Source of the DNA: Macrostomum hystrix
Lineage: Eukaryota > Animalia > Platyhelminthes
Direction of reading: 5' to 3'
Length of the DNA: 64,000 nucleotides
Assembly: GCA_950097015.1 (NCBI GenBank)
Contig: CATNEN010000014.1
Location: 744,001-808,000, forward strand
The number at the start of each line of letters is the position of its first letter. Positions within the stretch are counted from its first letter, which is position 1. Position numbers and translations under genes: made by a program. Below, one piece after another: positions 12,416 through 23,094 of this stretch. The notes beneath the pieces are model-generated. The model was not told where the DNA came from and ran no database searches. It worked only from the letters and a program-made list of their open reading frames with translations.

Positions 12416-12991
12416 TGTGATGTGGAAACCTAATGCTAAGGTGAGATATGGAAACCTAATGCTAAGGTGAGATATGGAAACCTAATGCTAAGGTGAGATG
12501 TGGAAACCTAATGCTAAGGTGAGATATGGAAACCTAATGCTAAGGTGAGATATGGAAACCTAATGCTAAGGTGAGATATGGAAACCTAATGCTAAGGTGA
12601 GATGTGGAAACCTAATGCTAAGGTGGGATATGGAAACCTAATGCTAAGGTGAGATATGGAAACCTAATGCTAAGGTGAGATATGGAAACCTAATGCTAAG
12701 GTGAGATGTGGAAACCTAATGCTAAGGTGAGATATGGAAACCTAATGCTAAGGTGAGATATGGAAACCTAATGCTTAGGTGAGATGTGGAAACCTAATGC
12801 TAAGGTGAGATATGGAAACCTAATGCTAAGGTGAGATATGGAAACCTAATGCTAAGGTGAGATGTGGAAACCTAATGCTAAGGTGAGATATGGAAACCTA
12901 ATGCTAAGGTGAGATATGGAAACCTAATGCTAAGGTGAGATGTGGAAACCTAATGCTAAGGTGAGATGTGGAAACCTAATGCTAAGGTGAG
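12416..12991. repeat. 26-bp minisatellite (gatatggaaacctaatgctaaggtga), about 22 copies, followed by (GATA)n
   Basis: Period of 26 (12424, 12450). Confidence 0.95.
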
Positions 12992-13557
12992 AAGGCTATC
13001 TATCTAGATAGATAGATAGATAGATAGATCTTCAGTTTATCCAAGATGCCGGTGATGCCGGGAAGGCCGGTGACGGTCCAGCACAAAGGGATTACAAAGA
13101 CAGGTCCCGAGAGTAAGTCCAGGCTGCGCGGCTGCCGAGTTCCAGCCGCATCAAGGCAATTTCGCTAATAGCGGCCGACTTCGCCTGATTAAATTCTGTC
13201 GGACCCTCCCAGCGGGGTGGAGCGCCGGCATCTGCGCCGCCTCCCGCAGCTGCCAGAAAGCGTCCCCGGGTTGTATTTCATTCGGCTGCCCCCGCAGGCT
13301 ATTGTGGACCAAGGCGTACTGGACTTGTTTACAACACTGAACCAGGCCTGCCTAATGATGGCCCAACAACGGCAGCTCCACCTGGCTAGCCTTTATAGTT
13401 GAATCTGGCGCAACTTGGTGGCGCAGAAACTCTTTTATTGCCTTGCGAGCCCGGCGGCTACGCTGTGGGAGAGTCGGCTCAATGCGGAGGCCACCACGAA
13501 AATGAGTGGCATTTTCCTAGGCCTCACTGCAGTTGCGTGAGGGGAATAGTCTTTGTC

Positions 13558-14302
13558 AGGGGAATAGCTCCTGAGAGAATAGCTCATAAGGGGTATAGCT
13601 CCCGAGGGAATCGCTCATTAGGGAATAGCTCCTGAGGGAATAGCTCATGAGGGGAATAACTCCGCAGCGAATAGCTCCTGAGGGAATAGCTCCTGATGGA
13701 ATAGCTCCTGAGGGAATAGCTCCAGATGGAATAGCTCCTGAGGGAATAGCTCCTGATGGAATAGCTCCTGAGGGAATAACTCCTGAGGGAATAGCTCCTG
13801 ATGGAATAGTTCCTGAGGGAATAGCTCATGAGGGGAGTAGCTCCTGATGGAATAGCTCCTGAGGGAATAGCTCCTGATGGAATAGTTCCTGAGGGAATAG
13901 CTCATGAGGGGAGTAGCTCCTGAGGGAATAGCTCATGAGGGAATAGCTCCTGAGGGAATAGCTCCTGAGGGAATAGCTCCTGAAGGAATAGCTCCTGAAG
14001 GAATAGCTCCTGAAGGAATAGCTCCTGAGGGAATAGCTCCTGATGGAATAGCTCCTGAGGGAATAGCTCCTGAGGGAATAGCTCCTGAGGGAATAGCTCC
14101 TGAAGGAATAGCTCCTGATGGAATAGTTCCTGAGGGAATAGCTCATGAGGGGAGTAGCTCCTGAGGGAATAGCTCCTGAGGGAATAGCTCCTGAGGGAAT
14201 AGCTCCTGAGGGAATAGCTCCTGAAGGAATAGCTCCTGATGGAATAGTTCCTGAGGGAATAGCTCATGAGGGGAGTAGCTCCTGAGGGAATAGCTCCTGA
14301 GG
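13558..14302. repeat. 15-bp minisatellite (gggaatagctcctga), about 50 copies
   Basis: GIAPE/ELFPQ/SYSLR periodic pseudo-ORFs. Confidence 0.95.
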
Positions 14303-15891
14303 GCTCCTGCTGCACGAGTCATCAGGTGACCTGACGGCATTCCTTACTCACCAGGGTCTGTATCGCTACTGCAGGGTGCCGTTCGGCGTTGCTTCGGCAC
14401 CGGCGGCATTCCAGAGGATGCTGGACGACCTGGTGTCTGATCTGCGCGGTGTTGAGCACATCCTGGACGACTTCATCGTCTTCGGAGCAACTGAAGCCGA
14501 GCACAACTCGAGGCTGCGAGCACTGCTGAAGCGATTGGAGGACGCCGGTCTCACTGCCAACAAGGACAAGTGCCAGCTGCGGAGGACTGAGATTGAGTTC
14601 TTTGGCTTCATCTTCTCAGCCGACGGCATGCGACAGTCTGAGAGTCAGACCAAGGCCTTCAGCGAGCTGCGCCCGCCGACCGACAGGAAGGAGCTGCAGG
14701 CGTTCCTGGGATCCGTCAACTATCTGATGCGGTTCGTGCCCAACTTCGCTGAGGTCACGGCGCCACTGCGGCCTCTGCTGAAAAGCGACGCGGTGTTCGA
14801 ATAGTCGACGGAGTGCGAGAAGGCATTCGAGACACTAAAAGCGACAATCTGCAGTCCGCCGGTCCTAGCTCACTTCGACCCAGGGGCCGAGACGATCGTC
14901 ACTAGCGACGCCAGTGCAGAGTCCCTCCCAGGTCCAAGATGGCATCGAGAGGCCGATCGCCTTCGCCGCCCGAGCCCTGACCGACACGGAGAAGCGATAC
15001 GCAGCGAACGAGCGAGAGGCGCTGGCGAGCCTGTGGGCCATGGAGAAGTGGCACTACTACCTGTACGGGCGCCATTTCGAGCTGCGGACCGACCACCAAA
15101 CGCTGCGCCAGCTCCTGCTGGGACCCAGCGGCACCGGACATCGGCCGCTGCACATCCACCGGTGGTGCGACCGGTTTCAACAGTACGACTTCCACGTGCG
15201 ATACCTGCCGGACAACCGCAACTTCGTGGCCGACATGCTGTCAAGGTGAAGCTGCGGGTCCGACATTAACATCATCCAGCTACCGGACACTGCGATGCCT
15301 CCAGTACGGGTTGTTACCCCGCAGCAGCTAGCGATAAACACAGCCGAGGATGCGGTTCGGCGACAGGTGATTCAGCACGTCACAAGCGGCAAGTGGAGCT
15401 CTACACCGGATAGCGAGCTGCAGCCGTACTTCAAGGTCCGCGAGCGCCTCAGCGTCTGGTAGGACGGCGCCTGCCTGGCTTTCCAAGAACGAGCCGTCAT
15501 TCCCCAGCAGCTGCGGCGCGAGCTTCTGGAGGCAGCGCATTCTCGACATCCGGGGGTGGTGCGCACCAAGCAGCAGCTCCGTGAGTTCGCCTGGTGGCCA
15601 AAGATGGACGGACGTCGAGACGTTCGTCCGGGACTGCGGCGCGTGCGAGACAGGGGAGAAGAATTTCAAGCTGCGACCGGCTCCGCTGCAGCCTCTGCCA
15701 TGGCCGACTACACGGACCACAGTTCGGCGATATCTTCACTAGATTTCTGAGGAATCGGGGCATTCAGCACCTGAAGACCAGCCCGTACCGTCCAAGCACC
15801 AACGGCCAGACCGAGAGACTCAACAGGACGCTGATGGACAGCATCCGAGCGGCCAGTGTGGTGAACATTCCGATGCGCTGCAAGACGCGCT

Positions 15892-18800
15892 TTCTTTCTT
15901 TCGTTTCCAGGGCGCGCCCGATCCGGAGTACCGATAAGGGCGGGGGCGCTAGAGGCGCCCCATACTGCGCAGGAGCTCGACGACCGCGGCCGGGTTCTCC
16001 ATCAAGTTCTCGGCCGGGATTCCGCGTAGGGCTCGGTGGCGGTCGCCTCTTGGACAGTGGAGGACGACGTGGTCGACACTGTCCACCTCGCCGCAATCGG
16101 GACACAGCGGGGACGCGTCGACACCGAGACGGTAGCGGGTCTTTCTATCGACCATGCTCGCGCCCGCGCGAAGTTGGTTGACCAGGACCTGTTGTTTCCG
16201 CGGCAGACCCTGGGGCGGGCTCCAGAAAGGGCCGACTGCTATGATATCCAGGGCGCGCCGGCAGCGTCGGGTGGCTGCTCTGGCGGCGTCCAACTGGATC
16301 GGGACCTGACTTTGGTCTAGTTTTGCCGCCCTGGCCGCCGCCTGATCGGCGGTCTCGTTGCCGGTAATACCGCAGTGGGCCGGAACCCAGCAGAAGCCAA
16401 TCTTGGTGCCTAGCTCGATCAGGTCCAGAATGAGCTGCCAGCAGTCGGCTGCTACTGAGTCCCTCTGCCTAAGTGGCCCGGCGCTCAGGGTCGTGATGGC
16501 GCTCAGGCTGTCGGTGGCGATGGTGATGTCCGGGGGTCTGTCTGCCGCGGTGTTGCAGAGGCGGAGGCCCTCTCGGATAGCGGTGAGTTCGGCCGTGAAG
16601 CTGCTGCATAGGGCGCCCGCCGCAGACATGCGGGCTGCCTCTGGTGGAAGCCATTGTGCGACTGCTGCTCCCCCGCCGTTTCTGCAACCGTCCTGTACCG
16701 AGCCGTCGGTCCAGATGACGTGCTCCGTGAGACGGGACACGGTTGGTTCGGCGAGGGCGGCGCGAAGTTCTGCTGGCATTTGTCGGGTTGCTTCTTTGGC
16801 GGCCGATGTGTCGAAGCGGACTTCTAGGCTTCTGCTGATGGTCCACGGTGCTGGGCCGATTGCCGTTGGTGCTCTTGGGTGGGCCTCAAGCGTGGTGCTG
16901 CATTCCAGCTCTTGCGCGATGCGGCGCCAGCAGGCGCGGTACGGGCGGTTGGCATCCGAGAGCGCGTCCGGGATGCGTTCCCCGCGCTGGCCGTCGTTGG
17001 CCCGGTTCTTCATTGCGGCTTCGTAGGTCCGGTTTTTGAGTCTTGGTCGCTCGTTCGCGGTTGCTGCTTGGTGCGCTGGGATGTCGGCCGGTAGTCTGAC
17101 CATCCTCTCGCGGAGGTTGCTAGCTCTTTCCGCGGCGATGTGGTGGAGGGGCGGCAGGTTGGCGACGGCCAGCAGTTTGTCCGTCCGAGAGGGCATCACG
17201 CAGCCGGTGATTAGGCGTGCACACGCGTTCTGCTGCCTCTCCACAAGTGCCCGGTTGCTTGGTGCTGCGCTCGTTAACCAAATGGCACTGCCGTAGTCCG
17301 CAATGGAGCGGCAGGTTGCGATGTAGGCTGCGCGCAGTGTTTTCTGGTCGGCGCCTGTTTGTCTGTCTGCGAGCATCTGGATCGGTCGGCGTCTAGCTGC
17401 CATTTTCCGTCTGACATCCTTGGCATGTTCTCCGAAACCGAGGTGGTCGTCGAATTTGACCCCTAGGAAGGTCGGGTTCGCCTCGAACCGCAGTGGGTCT
17501 CCGTTGATGTTGAGGTCGAGTCTTATCTTGCCTCTGTTTTCGGCCGGGGATAAAGTGAAGGTGCTGTAACTGCACTTCGCGGTGCTGAGCTCGACTTTCC
17601 ATCTCTTACACCACCCGGCGATGGCGTCCAGAGCCGGTTGCAGGATGTTCTTGCATTCTTGAAGTTTTTCCTTGGTAGCGAGTATCGCGCTGTCGTCGGC
17701 GTAAAGGCTCACACTCGTGTCCGGTGAAGCGGCGTGGATGGTGTCTGGTAGGTCATTGATGTAAACCAGCCATAGCAGCGGGGCCAGGACGCTGCCTTGT
17801 GGGAGCCCCTCGCGGAAGGTGCGTTCCTTACTGTTGCTGGTGCCTACTCGGACCTTGGCCCTTCTATCCGCCAGAAAGCTGTTGATCCACCTGAGGACAC
17901 AGGGTGGGGTGCCGACCTCTTTAAGTTTCAGGAGGAGGGCTCTCTTCCAGACCCTGTCGTAAGCGCGGGAGAAGTCCAGGAGACCAAGGACAGATCGCAT
18001 CGCTGGGGATCTTTCGAAGCCATCGAAGATTTGTTGTGAGATGCGGGCGATCTGCTCCTCGCATGATCTGCCCTTCCGGAACCCGGCTTGCACTCCACTG
18101 ATCTTGCCGTTGGACTCCAAGAAGTAGCTGAGACGGTGGTAGACCAGTCGTTCCGCGACCTTAGCGATACAGCTGGTGAGGGCGACCGGTCTGTAACTGC
18201 CGAGTTCCTCCGCTGGCTTGCCGCGCTTCGGGATAGGAATTATTGTGGCGCGCCGCCATTGGTGCGGGCATTTTCCGGTCAGCCACGACTTGTTCCCCAG
18301 ATCGAGCAGTCTCTTCTCCGTGGGGCTTGCGAGGTGCTTCAGCATCTCGTTCGTAACCTGATCGTCGCCGGGGCTCTTGCCGGACTTAAGCCCGGTCAGG
18401 ACGTTCTTTAGCTCCGCTGCAGAGAAGGCTGAGCAAAGCCCCTTACGATCGTTGTTGTTACAGCAGGGTGCTTGCATAGCTCTATAGGCCTGGTGGTTGA
18501 TGGAGCGGTCGTCGTGGTCCCGTGGGATCCGTGAGATGCTGGCGTAGAGACTTCAGAACGCTTCTGACTTTTCTCTATCGTTGGTGGCGGTTCTGGGCGA
18601 GCCGCCACGGGTCGGGTCGGCCGGGATCTTGAGCGCCGCGTTCGGTGGGGGTGGTGCTGGGTCGCCGCGCAGAGACCGCATGATAGCGAAGAGGTCAGAG
18701 TTGATGTTCAGCGACGCTGTCTTTTCTTTCCAGAAAGCGGCTTTCTCTCTCTGGATCGTGTTGCGGACGTTCTCGCGGGTCGCTTGGTACGCTTCTAGGT

Positions 18801-20496
18801 CGCTTTTTTCCCTGCTTGTTTCTGCTTGTTTGCGGGCTTGCGCGTTCTCCTTGCAGGCCTTGTCGCAGGCTTCTGTCCAGAAGGGCTTACCGGGGGTGCT
18901 GCGGGCTCCTCTGGGGATGCACTCCAGGGCTGCAGTCAGGATGTTGTCGCTGAGCCTTTGGTGATCGAAGTCCACGCTGGAACCTGACTCGGGTTTGCTC
19001 GGCCTGAGCTTAGCCTCTCGGTTGTCGAGCGATTGTTTGTACGCCTTCCAGTCGGCTTTCTTGAAACACCAGCGCGTCTGGCGATTCCGTTTTCCACTGG
19101 CAGATGTCTTAGTCAGCTCGTAGAGTAGGGGCAGGTGGTCGCTGCCGATACACTCGGTTGTCCGCCAGCTGGGACGGCAGACTGCGGTGAGGTTAGGTGA
19201 GCACCAAGTTAGATCCGGACTGGACTTGCCTCCTGTGGCCGGGTTTGTCCTCGTGTGGGCGGACGGGAGGTTGCAGAGGTGTAGGCTGCGTCGGAGCGCC
19301 CACTGTTCGATGCAATCTCCTCTGTCGTCGTCCGGTTGGTGCTCGTCCCAGCTACCGTGGCCGTTGAAGTCGCCGCCGATGACACCGCGCGTGGTGACCG
19401 GGATGAGGTCCCAGTCGGGCTCCTAGTTGTCTTGTTGCCGCTGGTCGCTGTTTGGTGGTGCGTACACGGAGGTGATGTTAAACTTGCCTTTGCCCTTTGG
19501 AATGATGGTGACTGTGGCCCAGTCCATCGGCCCATCGCTGCTTGTTCGTGGCTCCATGAATGGGATGTCGTTGCGCACCAGTATTAGCACGCCTCCGCGG
19601 CCCGGGGGCGCTGTGTTTTTTCTTGATTTTTTAGTGTTTTGTCCCCTAGTAGCTCTGTTGCCGGTTGCGAGTTCGATCTGCGGTGGTGGCAGTGCGTTGG
19701 CTGTTCTGGTGGCTTCCAATTCGGTGTCCGGGCCCTTGTCCGTGGTTGCTGCCGGGGCCGTTTGCTGATTGTGGTTGTCCTTGTCCCCTTCGCGTTCCGG
19801 CCATGGCTGGTCCCGGTTGATGCAGGCCTGTCTGCCGCTGCGACAACCCTGGCACCAGGTCGTCCTGTCGTTTGGCCAGCGTAGCCGGCATCGCGGTCTG
19901 GCGGTGGCGCGCCGGCGGGGGGGCCGTTTGGAGCTGCTTGCGTCATCTGGGTGTTCTGGAGTCGTGGGCTTCCGCCGTCCTGGCGGTCGTCGTCAGTAGT
20001 GGTGGCGGTGACCTCCGGGGTATGTTCTGGTTTTGGTGCGCCATCCTTGCGGGCCGCGACGCTGTAGCCGTGGGGCGGGATGAAGTTGGCTCCTTGACGC
20101 AATTTCGTCTCCTGGAGGAGGGCAGCGCAAGGTTGGGTTGTCTGAGCCTCTCGGCCAGCTCCGTACGGCGGGCCTGCAGCCCATTACAGTTAAGCTGCAG
20201 GACCAGGAGCTCTGGGCCGGGTCTCTTAACCCTTCTGTGCTGTCTTCTCGGGCGGCTGTTCGTTTTCGGTTCACCAGCCGTGGCGTCTCCGCCCCTGAGA
20301 CGCATCACAAGATTCAGCTCCTCGGACGCGTCCTGATCGGTGGTTTCGTTGGGTCGATCTCCTCGTCTTGCGCAGTATCCCTGAAGGGTGTGACATTTCG
20401 TCGGCAACGGTGGTGTGCCGTCCAGGGGCCCCTCGTGGAGGGAGTCACTTGCCGCGTGGGTATGATGGTACTCACGCACCGGGTCGGCCCGGTCCC
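15892..20496 (-). mobile_element. Ingi-like non-LTR retrotransposon (APE-RT-RNase H-C-terminal Zn finger), full length, 4605 bp
   Basis: 12-bp TSD gcaagacgcgct at 15880-15891 and 20497-20508; (GAAA)n tail; APE LQLNCNG, LQET, GDFN, SDH; RT YRPVALTS, QGSVLAP, YADD; RNase H WTDGS, AEL, TDS, HCG-GNE-AD; CPDC-H-C. Two stops (19423, 18553) and two 1-nt frameshifts. No ORF1. Confidence 0.92.
20390..20496 (-). ncRNA. Putative HDV-like self-cleaving ribozyme at the LINE 5' end
   Basis: Folded by hand: P2 GUGAC/GUCAC, P3 CCC/GGG, L3 UCCACGA, P1 3' strand GCCCCU, P1.1 GG, P4 CGGCA/UGCCG, J4/2 CGAA (catalytic C at 20400). P1 5' strand is imperfect (GGGAC, one A-C mismatch, G1 missing). Confidence 0.55.
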
Positions 20497-20809
20497 GCAA
20501 GACGCGCTGCTGCAGTTCCTTGAGGCTTACCGCAGCACTCCACACGCCCTGACTGAGAAGAGCCCGGCTGAGCTGATGCTTGGCAGGCGATGGCGCACAG
20601 CCCTGTCTCTGCTGGCCCCGTCAAAGGACACCGCGGTTGCGCATAACCGAGATGGCCCAGCGAATCCAAGAGCGCTAGCAGTTGACGGCAGCCTACACGG
20701 ACCAGCGGCGAAGAGCGCGACCGCCGGCACTGCGCGCCGGCGACTGGGTTCGGGTGCGGCGTCCAACACGACGGGGCAAGCTCGGAACGCGGCTCTCGGC
20801 GCCGCTGCT

Positions 20810-21660
20810 CTTTCTCGCTATCTACTATCTATTGCCAGGACCTGCACCGGAGCGGTTACGAAAATTAGATTTCTCGGTAGTTGCACGCACTCTTTTGCAC
20901 TACTTGAGTAGTCTGATTTTTGAACGGCATGGCTGGTTCCAGAAGGTAGTTCCTCTGGATAAAAGCGCTTACCGCGCCCATTGGCCTTCCAGCTGCCTTA
21001 ATCGTTTCCGGTGATCTTGTGTGCGTGCTTTCAGCAAGCCAAACAGGTGGACCAGCAGCTCGCTGAGGAGCTCCGCCTCGGTCGCCTTCAGCCCGCCAGC
21101 GGTTCCATCATGCTGAACGCAATCGGCGCTATTCCAAAATCAGATGGCAGCGTCAGGATCATCCACGAGTTTTTGAGCCCTCCGGGATTCTCCGTCAATT
21201 GACAGCTATGAGCAGGAGAAGAGTCTGCGATTCGCCTCAGTCCGAGACCTGGTCAGTAACCTTCGGCTCGGCTCCTTAATCGACAAAGTCGACCTGAAGC
21301 AGGCCTATCGTTCGGTCTCGACCTTCATTCGACTTCTGAAGCGAGGCCTGTCATTTCGTGGCTTCAATGCGAGCGGCTTCTCAGGCCACAGTCTTTGCCG
21401 AGCCGGAGCCAGCGCTGCCTTCGCGTGCGGCCTCTCCTTGGCCGACATTCGCTGCCTCGGACTGCGTCTTGCGCTACTTCTCAGACGACGCCTCGTTTGC
21501 ACGCAGAAGTCGAGCGTCCAGACAGCTTGTCAACTGTCTCGCATTGCAAGGATGTCTGATATTTCTGTGCTTTTTTACTTCGCCTTCCCCTCCTCGCGCT
21601 GCTTTGTGCCACCGACGCTTTGCTGCTTCGCCTTTTTGCTGGGTTGACAGGTTTAATTCG
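20810..21660 (+). mobile_element. Internally deleted DIRS/Ngaro tyrosine-recombinase retroelement
   Basis: RT N-terminus IGAIPKSDGSVRIIH and VDLKQAYRS joined directly to YR C-terminus FSGHSLCRAGASAAFACG and CVLRY. Confidence 0.75.
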
Positions 21661-21675
21661 TATTAGAGTCTTGGG

Positions 21676-23085
21676 TTAAGAAGCAATATTCACCTGCTTC
21701 TGAGATAAGCGCCTTTCAATGCGGTGTAAATTCAGGAGAATAGACAGTAGGCAGCTTAGGGTAGTAGGATTTGGTGTCATAGATCTGGTGTTTTGATTGA
21801 AGCTTAAATCTTGTTTAATGGCAGAGCTTGGTTTTAGACCTGCAATTCGAGTGACTTCATTGTTGACCTGATCAATTACAGCTGTGAGACGATCTATCCA
21901 TTTTGTATTGTACTGCACGCTCTTTAGTTTGAGTTCTTCTGTCGCATGCTTAGTGAAAAGTGGCTAGCGTTAGATTGAATTGTTCAGCAAAGACTTGATC
22001 TCTGCGAACATTATTTCTTCCATAGCGAACTTTGCTGCTTTTATTTTCTTTTCCTTCTGATGTTTCTACAGCCCCCATGAACTCTTTTCCAGAATTAGTC
22101 ATATTTTTATTCATATCAGTCGTATATTAAAGGCTATTTTTAGCCCAGGGTTGAATTGCCTTCTCAACCCCAAGCTCTTTCAGCAGTCTTCCCATTTCTT
22201 TACTAGGCGCGTGCAATGCAAAGCGTTACTTTTGGGACAGGAATTCAGAGTACAGCGGGGACGAGAGGCGTACTCCACATGCACTCCCCTCTATTGGTCA
22301 TTGAGCTCAAAATTAGATTTAGGAAGAAATGGGGCTCTAAGCGGTAAATTTTCTCTAACATTCTCTCAATGATGAACCTCAATGCAAACTCTTCACCGTT
22401 TTAATCAACGTTTTCATTTTCCGTCGCAAACTGCAGCACAATCTCGTGAATCTCCTTATTACTCGATACATTACTATTACTCACTAGATTTGAGTTCTCT
22501 ACCAGCATCTGTCCTCCTGCAACAGAGTTTGAGATTTTGTACAAAATACTCTTTCGCTTTCCCTTCAATGCCCAATCAAGACTGAGAAGTATCTTCATGA
22601 GAAGCAAACAAACGAGAAATCAGTACAGAACTCTATCATCGGGTACATCTCAAAGGCGATTGAAGACAAGTTCACTTCGGAGGATGAATTTAAAACATTC
22701 AAGACCTCTATGAGCAACGAGTTAGGCTTAATCTGAATGCCATTGGTGACATGAGTCAGCTAAGAAATGATTTGGAGAATTTGTTCAAACAGCATGTAGC
22801 GAAATTGGGAAAATGAAAGAATAACTCAAAATTTGTTCTTAGGACTTGGATCTCAAACCGATAAACTCTGTAATGAGGCTGCCAGCCGTTTCATCCTGCA
22901 TTTTTCCTACACTTTTTGATTTGTTGAGTCGCGTACTTGATCACATTTTTGTGTCTTGAAGGACTCTGGATATTCGGATAGGTCATATAAATATCTGGCT
23001 TAGCATGTCCTGATAGACTTCCTCAGTCTGTATGTTTAGAATTGGGGAGTCAGTGTCAGTGTAAGGAAGTCTTTCTCTTCTTCTA
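21676..23085 (-). pseudogene. Polinton/Maverick relic 1: protein-primed PolB fragment (~22845-23085) and integrase fragment (~21676-22130)
   Basis: YTDTDS, IQTEEVYQDM, YDLSEYP, NQKV.GKMQDE, ITEFIGLRSK (PolB motif C region); integrase GKEFMG, EQFNLTLA, NNEVTRIAGLKPSSAIK; many stops and frameshifts. Confidence 0.72.
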
Positions 23086-23094
23086 CTCTTCCTA

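Larger units (their letters stand above)
14303..20805 (+). mobile_element. Decayed Ty3/Gypsy pol (RT-RNase H-integrase), 5'-truncated and split by the LINE insertion (parts 14303-15891 and 20497-~20805)
   Basis: AFLTHQGLYRYCRVPFG, ILDD, RNase H ERPIAFAARALTDTEKRY and TDHQ, integrase HPG and WWPKMD, QTERLNRTL, then YRSTPH after the insert; TAG at 14802 and frameshifts. Confidence 0.9.

Noticed and set aside
13584-14340. GIAPE/ELFPQ/SYSLR repeat proteins
   Set aside because: Open in many frames on both strands with no flanking coding context or splice support
20210-20240. 2A peptide (RVKRPGP) before the Ingi endonuclease
   Set aside because: Only PGP matches; the D(V/I)ExN core is absent and does not align without an indel
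20497-20545. Listed start of ORF 19943-20545
   Set aside because: Lies outside the LINE, in the antisense Gypsy integrase and TSD
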